Positions 21,001 to 27,268 of a DNA stretch of 64,000 bases are shown piece after piece. The stretch is from Vulcanimicrobiota bacterium. Lineage in GTDB: Bacteria > Vulcanimicrobiota > Xenobia > Xenobiales > JADMJV01. The notes under the pieces are model-generated. The model saw only the letters and a list, made by a program, of their open reading frames with translations. It did not search any database and was not told where the DNA came from. Each line of letters starts with the position of its first letter. Position 1 is the first letter of the stretch. A program made the translations under genes and the position numbers. Location of the stretch: positions 384,001 to 448,000 of the forward strand of contig JBFWNU010000001.1 of assembly GCA_050250895.1 (NCBI GenBank), given 5' to 3'.

Positions 21001-22256
21001 GGGTTGGGGGCGGTGACGTTGATGGTCGGCGGCAAGACCTTGTGGTAGAGAGCCAGGGCTGCCTTGATCAGGCCGGCCGCGCCGGCGGCCGCCTTGGTGT
21101 GGCCGATCTGAGACTTGACGCTGCCCAGGGCGCACCACTGTTTGCCTTGACCGGCCTCGGAGTAGACGCCTTTGAGGGCCTCGAATTCGACCACATCGCC
21201 GACTTTGGTGCCGGTGCCGTGAGCCTCGACCAGTTCGACGGTTTGAGGCTCGACCCCGGCTGCTTCATAGGCGCGGCGCAGAGCGCGGGCCTGACCCGGC
21301 GAATAAGGGGCATAGACAGCCTTCTGGCTGCCGTCGCTCGAGGTGCCCATGCCTCTAATCACACAGTAGACGCGGTCTCCGTCGCGCTGGGCTTCATCCA
21401 GACGCTTGAGCACGACCATGCCGATACCCTCCCCGATCAGGGTTCCGTCGCTGTCGGCGTCAAAGGGCCGGATCTTGCCGCTGGGGCTCAGCGCCGGCGT
21501 CTTCGAGAAACACATATACATGAAGATGTCGTTGAAGGTGTCGGCGCCGCCGGTGACCACCACGTCGGCCTTGCCGGTCTGCAGTTCCATCATGGCCAGA
21601 TGCGCCGCCGAGAGCGTGCTGGCGCAAGCCGCGTCTACCACGCAGTTGGTGCCGTGCAGGTCGAGGCGATTGGCGATGCGGCCGGCCACCACGTTGCCGA
21701 GCAGGCCGGGAAACGAATTCTCTTGCCAGGGCACGTAGTCGTCGGCAATCCGCTCCATCACCTCTTCGGCCGTGGCCGGGTCGACGCCCGACTCGAGCAA
21801 AGCTTTGCGCCAGTAGGGATGGCCCAGGCGGGCACCCAGCGGGATCACCAGCTCGAGACATCCCGTCACGCCCAGAATGATACTCGTCTTCTCCTTGTCG
21901 AACTCGCGCTCGGGAGTATATCCGGCATCTTCGAGGGCCGCCTTGGCCACCACCAGACCCAGCAGCTGCGAGGTATCGGTGGCTTCGAGGACGGTCGGAG
22001 GAAGGCTGAATTCGGTGGGATCAAAACCAACCGCATCCAAAAACCCGCCGCGCTGGCAATAGGTCTTGTCGGGGGCTTTCTGATCCGAATCGAAATAGTC
22101 GTCGGGACGCCAGTGCGTGTCAGGCACCTCCGAGATGGTATCGACCCCCATGCGGATAACCTGCCAAAACCCGTCGAGGTCTTTGGCCTTGGGAAAAATA
22201 CAGGCCATGCCGACCACGGCGATCGGTTGATGTTGACTGGCGTTGGTTTTGCTCAC
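15078..22256 (-). CDS. pfaA: PUFA-synthase PfaA/Pfa2-like protein: KS-MAT-ACPx6-KR-DH
   Basis: VVDAACAS, EAHGTGT, GHTKAAAG; FPGQGSQ, GHSYGE, AAFHS; six LGIDSIKRVEI ACPs; ITGGARGVT KR; SHVIGGRPVLP PKS-type DH. Confidence 0.95.
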   Translation of the reverse strand: MSKTNASQHQPIAVVGMACIFPKAKDLDGFWQVIRMGVDTISEVPDTHWRPDDYFDSDQKAPDKTYCQRGGFLDAVGFDPTEFSLPPTVLEATDTSQLLGLVVAKAALEDAGYTPEREFDKEKTSIILGVTGCLELVIPLGARLGHPYWRKALLESGVDPATAEEVMERIADDYVPWQENSFPGLLGNVVAGRIANRLDLHGTNCVVDAACASTLSAAHLAMMELQTGKADVVVTGGADTFNDIFMYMCFSKTPALSPSGKIRPFDADSDGTLIGEGIGMVVLKRLDEAQRDGDRVYCVIRGMGTSSDGSQKAVYAPYSPGQARALRRAYEAAGVEPQTVELVEAHGTGTKVGDVVEFEALKGVYSEAGQGKQWCALGSVKSQIGHTKAAAGAAGLIKAALALYHKVLPPTINVTAPNPKLGIEDSPFYLNTEARPWLANSQHPRRAALSSFGFGGSNFHTVLEEHDAKKAQPSWDNSLELVAYSAATRAELIAQLESELKASHELARAAHTSRQNFKADHHCRLVLVVEAGKFQARLKAAKEKLEAGQNPEFYGEGPAPGPVAFLFPGQGSQYVGMARELACIFPEMLESLHAMGEPIPQKIYPIPTFSKADQKLQQAELTSTDMAQPALGAISLGMYRILERFGVTPEFTAGHSYGELVALHAAGVFDEAALAELSRLRGSLMANLGDDLGTMLAVTGPLEQVEEALKKAKLDLKLANRNSPTQGVLSGSKEEIAKAGPIMKEAGFSVIALQVAAAFHSPLVAGARGPFREGMNSIKFKKANLPVYANMTARAYPSAEKKAKDLLADQLVNDVHFVAQIEKMHADGARVFIEVGPKRVLSRLVPAILGDKEHVAVALDASQGKKRSLVDLARALAELAALGLPVNLTAWEKEPKPARLKRMEIPISGANYRAPRKPIPPRPKKAVAPATPTVSQTVGQTVDGSRPATSQTVAAPKAPVVTAKVAAPAPSAVNSQVFQDAFQSVQSTLSAMQAMAQQTAEAHQRFLEGQEQAQRTFQKMVEGQQSLVAQMMGQTPSQTVGQTVGQTASQTVDGSRKTVVAKAATVAPAPVVAVASKSVPVVKAAPVAKPAAAGDKVAQTILAVVAEKTGYPVDMLHLGMDLEADLGIDSIKRVEILAAVEEAVPGLPRIEPDQMGSLRTLAEIVDKLGAAAPAAQPITKQADSGVTTTLLAVVAEKTGYPAEMLNLDMDLEADLGIDSIKRVEILAAVEEAVPGLPRVEPDQMGALRTLGQIVEALGASPSMAQPATRPAAVDAGVTTTLLSVVAEKTGYPVDMLNLEMDLEADLGIDSIKRVEILAAVEEAVPGLPRVEPDQMGALRTLGQIVEVLGVSPVMAHPVNRSAVDTSVTTTLLGVVAEKTGYPVDMLNLDMDLEADLGIDSIKRVEILAAVEEAVPGLPRVAPDQMGSLRTLGQIVEVLGVSPGVTAVASQPAPVATGVTTTLLTVVAEKTGYPVDMLNLDMDLEADLGIDSIKRVEILAAVEEAIPGLPKVAADQMGSLRTLGQIVEVLGVGPAPTQEPADQTQDVLLSVVAEKTGYPVEMLNLDMDLEADLGIDSIKRVEILAAVEEAIPGLPKVAADQMGSLRSLRQVLGALGHGSNGVAQAAAPARPLGRKVLRAVQLEAGQMMGFPVTRGVLAVAEDQPGLGESIVAALKGRGLKAEVVQGDLPGDLSGLILVANGGQWEATEKFLKQAFLLTKQAAKSLRETKGMLVTVSRTDGSFGMAAKSFDPLAGALAGLPKTVAHEWPEVWVRALDVAREIDGEAVVSELCLDGPIEVGLQPDRRLGLVIDSVATEAGPPALGQGDLVVITGGARGVTAHTAIALAKAVRPNFMLLGRSEVPSAEPEWLAGLTDAAAIKKTLLAREFNGKATPVELEQSYRSHMANREIRQTLAALEQAGSKAEYRSVDIRDRKAVKKVLADTKLGPVKGVVHGAGVLADRRIEDKTPEQFDSVFDTKVSGLRNLLDLTKNLKALVLFSSVTSRFGRPGQLDYCMANEVLNKVAQQYARQNPDCKVASMCWGPWEGGMVTPGLKKEFERLGVGLIPLDGGAQALVKELSHPAKDEIEVLIGDGFPEPERPAPRLTATASTLSPVLERKLSTENFPFLESHVIGGRPVLPVAVILEWFAHAALHGNIGLRFFGIEDLRVLRGLALENGVEPTIAVSAGELVPDGDGFRVEVELRDQTRNILHARGTVLLAPDLPSAPTLEPVNGLASQAYPYEPGQIYDKLLFHGSHFQGIKAVEGISDEGLVADLKAAPKPSKWVLDPVRSEWLTDPLVVDSILQLGILWCIEQMEKPSLPNGGARYRQYRRRFPREGARAILRVSSHSAHRMSANVYLTDAAGEVVASFEGVEWTADANLRKAFAKKVLATP
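17410..18975 (-). repeat. Six tandem near-identical ACP-coding repeats in pfaA
   Basis: Six copies of VAEKTGYP..ML.L.MDLEADLGIDSIKRVEILAAVEEA.PGLP; boundaries approximate. Confidence 0.95.
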
Positions 22257-22270
22257 CTTGGATAGACTCC

Positions 22271-23899
22271 CTATCGTTTCAGCAACTGATTCAGTTGTTC
22301 TTCTTCAAGCGGCGCGAAGTTCGAGAATTCGGCCGGCAGGGCCACTCCCTGTTGACGCAGCCAATTGACCCTGGTCAACACGGCACAGCCCACCATCAGG
22401 TTCTTAGCCAGGGTGACCACCTTACGGTGCTCGGTCCCTTCCAAGAAAGTGCCTTTCACCCACTGATTGAATGCTCCCATAGCGGGACCGCACCAGATCT
22501 GGTAGTCGACTTTGCGGTCGGCCAGGCCGGCGTTGGCCCAGCCCGAGGACCGACCTAGATAGGAACGGAAAACCAGCGCCATCTTGTGCTTGGCGTCGCG
22601 TTCGGCCCGTTCATTCTGGCGTGGGTCGCGCTCTTCGAAGAACTTTCTAGTGTTGGCCCACTCTTGCTCGAGACTACCCCGGAAGTAGTCCCGTTCCAGC
22701 GTGGTCCGCTCTTTCTCAGGTAACTCGTCGAGGCTGCCATAGTTGCGGTAGAGTTCGTAGAGCTTCTTGGCTCGGACCGGGAACATGGTGCCGTATTTGA
22801 GCACCTGCACCTGGACACCCATCTCGAACATGTCGGCGGCGGGAGCCATGGCCACGTCTGCCTGCTTGGCTTTGGCCAACATCTCGCGCACCAGGTCGGA
22901 CGACCCCGACTCGACGCAGGCCTGGTTGATCGAGCCCGTCAGGACGTAGGCAGCGCCCATGGTGAAGGCGGCACAGGCCGATACGGGAGTGGCTACCCCA
23001 CCGGCTGCACCCACCCGCAGATTCTGGAAGCCATAGGTCTTTTCCATCTCGTCGCGCAGGGCGATCATGGTAGGCACCAGAGCCAGAGCGGGACGATTGT
23101 CGGTGTGCCCCCCCGAATCGGCCTCGGCGGTCAGGTCTTCCGCCATCGGGATGCTCTCGGCCAGCTTGGCCTCATCGGCCGTAATCTGGCCGCTCTCGAC
23201 CAGCTGGCGCAACAACTTTTCTGGCGGGGGAGCGAAAAACCGCGAGGCCACCTCGATGCGCGAAACCTTGGCGATGACCTTGTTGGGCACCACGATATTG
23301 CCCTGCGCGTCACGGTGAATCCCGCTGACCCGATAGCGCACCAGCGGTGCGGTCAAGCCCAGATAAGCCGAGGCGCTGACCCGACGCACCCCTTTGCGAA
23401 GATAGAGGTCGACCACGCCGGCCTCGAGGTCGGGCTCGTTGGGGCTGTGAATCAGATTGGAGCCGAAGGGCAGCTCGCCCAAATTCTTTTGGAGCCGATC
23501 GATGGCGGCCTCGACTCGGGCCAGGGGCAGTCCCGCCGCGCCGAAAAAGGCCAGCATCCTGGCCTTAGCCATGGCCTCGACGATCTCTACCGAGCAAATT
23601 CCGTTGGCCATGGCCCCGGCCACATAGGCCAGGTCCACGCCATGAGCCTTACAGAACTGGGGATCACCCAGGCGTTGGGGAGGCAGGGAAGGCACATAGG
23701 CCCCAACCGGGCTGCCACCCCCGCCAAGCGACAACTGGGCGTCGCGAAGGACCCCCAGTCCACGGTCGCTCTCGACCACGCAAAAAGGCTCGTCCAGCCT
23801 TAGAAGGGCTGCTTGAATCGCGGGCAGGCCGACCTCGATATCCCCCTGGCCCGGCTGCCACCCCAGCCCCCTCTGTCCTAACTCAGAAATCGCTTGCAT
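22271..23899 (-). CDS. pfaD: PfaD-family FMN-dependent enoyl reductase
   Basis: YVAGAMANGI, NLIHSP, AEADSGGHTDNRP, MAPAADMFEMG, DYQIWCGPAMGAFN. Confidence 0.95.
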   Translation of the reverse strand: MQAISELGQRGLGWQPGQGDIEVGLPAIQAALLRLDEPFCVVESDRGLGVLRDAQLSLGGGGSPVGAYVPSLPPQRLGDPQFCKAHGVDLAYVAGAMANGICSVEIVEAMAKARMLAFFGAAGLPLARVEAAIDRLQKNLGELPFGSNLIHSPNEPDLEAGVVDLYLRKGVRRVSASAYLGLTAPLVRYRVSGIHRDAQGNIVVPNKVIAKVSRIEVASRFFAPPPEKLLRQLVESGQITADEAKLAESIPMAEDLTAEADSGGHTDNRPALALVPTMIALRDEMEKTYGFQNLRVGAAGGVATPVSACAAFTMGAAYVLTGSINQACVESGSSDLVREMLAKAKQADVAMAPAADMFEMGVQVQVLKYGTMFPVRAKKLYELYRNYGSLDELPEKERTTLERDYFRGSLEQEWANTRKFFEERDPRQNERAERDAKHKMALVFRSYLGRSSGWANAGLADRKVDYQIWCGPAMGAFNQWVKGTFLEGTEHRKVVTLAKNLMVGCAVLTRVNWLRQQGVALPAEFSNFAPLEEEQLNQLLKR

Positions 23900-24044
23900 G
23901 CGCTAAAAACCTCGCAGAAAAAAGGAGCTAGACACTCCTTCCCCGCTTCATACCCCGATGATTCGAATTTCAATCCAGGGCGAGGTTATAACGCGGTTGC
24001 TCCCCGGATTATTTCATCCGAGCATGGTTTTTTTGCAGGGATAG

Positions 24045-27000
24045 CTAGGCAAGGCGGGCGGCCCGGCTATTGCGGGCCTCCTCCATGGCTAGCAGCAGGG
24101 TTCGCGAGTTGAGCGGTTTGGTCACATAGCTATCCATGCCGTAGGCGAGATACTTCTCCCGGTCCCCAGCCAGGGCGTGGGCCGTCACCGCCACCACCGG
24201 CAGGTCGCGTCCTCGTTCACAGGCCCGTAGAGCGCGCACGGCCTGAACGCCATCCATGACCGGCATCTGAATGTCCATCAGCACGAGATCAAAGCTTTGC
24301 CGGGCGAACTCCTCGAGGGCCTGCTGTCCGTTCTTGGCCAGCACCACCTGGTGCCCGCCCTTCTCCAGCAAACGCAGGGCCAACTTCTGGTTGATGGGGT
24401 TATCCTCGGCCAGCAGGACCCGCATCGGCGCGAGACCCGGCCCTTCGCCAGCTTCGTCGGGGTCGCAAGCCGGGGCGGGCTGGCTTCCGGCTTTGGCGAA
24501 CTTGACTTGAAAGTGGAAGAGACTCCCCTGGCCAGATTCGCTGGTGACTGCCAACTTGCCACCCATCAGTTCCACCAGTTGGCCCGAAATCGTCAGGCCC
24601 AGGCCCGTGCCGCCGAACACCCGCGTGGCCGATGTGTCGGCCTGGCTAAAGGCTTCGAAGATCCGTCGTTGCTGGTCGGGGGCGATTCCGATGCCGCTGT
24701 CGGCCACACCGAACTGAACCACAATCAGGTCTTGCTCGTCGGCCTCCAGGTCGACCGTCAGGGTAATTTGCCCGCCTTCCGGGGTGAACTTGATGGCGTT
24801 GCCAACCAGGTTTACCAGCACCTGATTGAGTCGCCCCGAGTCTCCGACCACCCGTTCCGGCAGAGCCGGGCTGATGCGACACTCGAACTCCAGCCGCTTC
24901 TGGCTGAAGCGCACTCGATGGTGGCGCTCGAACTCGGTCAACAGACGCCGGAACTCGAATTCGGTGGGCTTGAGTTCCAGCTTCCCGGCCTCGATCTTCG
25001 AGAAGTCGAGGATATCGTCGATGATGTGCAACAAAGCTTCGGCAGACTGCTTCACCGTATGAGCCAGGTCGCGCTGGTCGTGGTCGAGTTCACTGTCGAG
25101 CAGTAGATTGGTCATGCCCAGGACTCCGTTCATCGGGGTCCTGATCTCGTGGCTCATGTTGGCCAGAAACTGGCTCTTGGCTCGAGTGGAAGCTTCGGCT
25201 CGGGCCTTGGCCTGCACCAGCAACTCGGCCTGGGCGGTCAGGGCTTGGGTCTGGAGAGTCTCACGGGCCCGGCTCTGTTCGAGTTCCTCGACGTGCTGGC
25301 GCAATTGGTCGTCCTTCTGGCGGCGCTCGGTAATGTCCAAAAAGGCTCCCGAGACGCGAACGAGGCGTCCGAGTTCGTATTCGGGTCCTCCCAGAGCCCT
25401 GACCCAGAGGAGGTTTCCCTTCTCGGTGCGCAGCGGAAGTTCAAGATCAAAGCTTATACCTTCTTCAGAGGCCGCCCGGACAGCCTCGGCAATCTGGCGG
25501 CGAGCATCGCCGACATAGTAGCGGATTGCCTCCTCGATGGTGGGGGCATCAGTGTCTTCGCGCTCGTGGATACGAAAGATCTCCCGCGACCAGTGCAATC
25601 GATAGTCGGCCAGGTCAATGGTCCATCCTCCCATCGCGGCGATTCGCTCGGTCTGTTCCAAACGTTCAAGATTCCAACGGAGTTCAGACTGGGTGGCCCG
25701 CAATTCGCTGATGTCACGGTGGGTTCCGGCCGCTCTGAGCGGCGCGCCGTGCCGGTCGCGTTCATAGACCTGTCCCTGGGTGTGGACCCACTTCCACCCT
25801 CCCTTCCTGGTCTTGAGCCGAACCTCGGCCTCATAATAATCGGTCTCGCCGGCCAGGTGGGCCTGAAGAATGGGAGTCACCCTTTCCCGATCATCAGGAT
25901 GCAACAAAGTCGCCCAGGTGTCGAAGTGCCCTGCCAACTCGGCAGCTTCATAGCCGAGCATCGACATCCACCGCTCGTTAAAAAAGGCCGCGTTGGTCTG
26001 GATGTTCCAATCCCACACCCCCAGGTCGGCGCCCTTGACGGCCAACGAAGCTCGCAGCTCGGTTCGGCGCAGATGAGCCAGCATCTGCTCGCGCACGACC
26101 AGACCGGTCAGAGCCTGGCCCACCGCGTGCATGAAGTGGTGCTCCTGCAACGAGCCACGATGCCCCTCGGCCAGATACAGCACCATGACGCCCAGGGTCT
26201 GGTCGCCGTGGACGAACGGCACATTGTAGTTTCCGTGAGGCCGCATTCCCTCATAAGTATTGTCGTGACGGCAGTCAACGCAGGAAGCGAACTGCAACCT
26301 TTGGGTGGCGGCGGCCCGCCCGCACAGGCAGTGTCCGAAAGGAACCTGGTCGCAGAGCACCCGCAACTGGGGGGCCAGCCGATGCTCGACGGTCAGGCGC
26401 AGGACCGGATCATGGTCAGGGTCGGTGAGGAAGATGGCACCGCTATCCTGGATTCTCAACCAGCTGGTCCCGAGCACGGCCCCCAGCGCCTGGCGCAACT
26501 TCTCTTCCAGGCTCAGCTCCGTCAGCGAAAGCTCGAGAATCTTGATGACGATCTGATTGGTTTGGAGGTTCTTCTGATACTCCGAGGCCAACTCTTTCTC
26601 GGTTCGCAAGTCGCGCAACACCGCCGTGAAGCCGCTGAAACCGAGACTGCGCACGCGGGTCACCGAAAGCCAGATCGGAAACGGCCGGCCCTGCTTGGGG
26701 CGAACGTAGACCTCACGTCCCCGACCCACCACCGGAGCCTGGCCGGTCTTCAAATAGTCCCCGAGAAACTGGTCCTGTGCGGCAGCCGTCCGATCCGACA
26801 GAATACCCACGTTCTGGCCAACCAGCTCCTCGACTTCGTAGCCCAGCATTTCTGTGGTCGCCCGATTGACCGAGTGGATGGTGCCGCAGTCATCCATGGT
26901 GATGATCGCCTCCAGCACGTTCTCGAAGACTGACTGCAGCCGCTGGGCACTGGCTTCAGCTTGCTCCAACTGGCGAGCCCGAGCGTCGTGCTGGGAGTAT

Positions 27001-27167
27001 TGGCGAGCCAGTAGCCAGCTCAAGACAAGAGACCCTAATAAGCCCCCGCGGGCCAGCCAGAAATCGCCCTGCTCCATCAGCATCCCGGCCCAGGCCAGGC
27101 TCAGGATCGCCCCCGTGGCCAAAACCAGAGCCAGCCACAGATATTGCTTCATAGGCTTCGTGGTCAC
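24045..27167 (-). CDS. Membrane-bound hybrid sensor histidine kinase (TM-PAS-GAF-PAS-PAS-HisKA-HATPase-REC)
   Basis: FLANMSHEIRTPMNG, NLVGNAIKFT, DSGIGI, GGTGLGL, LAEDNPIN, DIQMPVMDG; PAS signatures such as LHPDDRE. Confidence 0.95.
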   Translation of the reverse strand: MTTKPMKQYLWLALVLATGAILSLAWAGMLMEQGDFWLARGGLLGSLVLSWLLARQYSQHDARARQLEQAEASAQRLQSVFENVLEAIITMDDCGTIHSVNRATTEMLGYEVEELVGQNVGILSDRTAAAQDQFLGDYLKTGQAPVVGRGREVYVRPKQGRPFPIWLSVTRVRSLGFSGFTAVLRDLRTEKELASEYQKNLQTNQIVIKILELSLTELSLEEKLRQALGAVLGTSWLRIQDSGAIFLTDPDHDPVLRLTVEHRLAPQLRVLCDQVPFGHCLCGRAAATQRLQFASCVDCRHDNTYEGMRPHGNYNVPFVHGDQTLGVMVLYLAEGHRGSLQEHHFMHAVGQALTGLVVREQMLAHLRRTELRASLAVKGADLGVWDWNIQTNAAFFNERWMSMLGYEAAELAGHFDTWATLLHPDDRERVTPILQAHLAGETDYYEAEVRLKTRKGGWKWVHTQGQVYERDRHGAPLRAAGTHRDISELRATQSELRWNLERLEQTERIAAMGGWTIDLADYRLHWSREIFRIHEREDTDAPTIEEAIRYYVGDARRQIAEAVRAASEEGISFDLELPLRTEKGNLLWVRALGGPEYELGRLVRVSGAFLDITERRQKDDQLRQHVEELEQSRARETLQTQALTAQAELLVQAKARAEASTRAKSQFLANMSHEIRTPMNGVLGMTNLLLDSELDHDQRDLAHTVKQSAEALLHIIDDILDFSKIEAGKLELKPTEFEFRRLLTEFERHHRVRFSQKRLEFECRISPALPERVVGDSGRLNQVLVNLVGNAIKFTPEGGQITLTVDLEADEQDLIVVQFGVADSGIGIAPDQQRRIFEAFSQADTSATRVFGGTGLGLTISGQLVELMGGKLAVTSESGQGSLFHFQVKFAKAGSQPAPACDPDEAGEGPGLAPMRVLLAEDNPINQKLALRLLEKGGHQVVLAKNGQQALEEFARQSFDLVLMDIQMPVMDGVQAVRALRACERGRDLPVVAVTAHALAGDREKYLAYGMDSYVTKPLNSRTLLLAMEEARNSRAARLA

Positions 27168-27268
27168 CTTCGTCCTATCGGAAGGCAGCTGAGGTTACCA
27201 ATGAGTATTTCCCCCCTATTTTCGACCGCTCGCAGGGTGCAGTCGCCGCGAGCCAAAATGCTAGCTGC

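Noticed and set aside
8347-23899. Heterocyst-glycolipid, enediyne or zeamine-type PKS
   Set aside because: No HetM-like thioester reductase, NRPS, aminotransferase or enediyne cassette genes; FabA-type DH pairs plus ole genes fit pfa-ole
23985-24020. Promoter/operator upstream of pfaD (TATAAC on the minus strand; CGGAT-N6-ATCCG)
   Set aside because: No convincing -35 element, and the palindrome is short enough to arise by chance
2787-26933. Long plus-strand ORFs such as 5647-7374, 8446-10098, 12433-14190, 20841-22265 and 25149-26933
   Set aside because: Antisense shadows of high-GC3 minus-strand genes that have clear domain motifs
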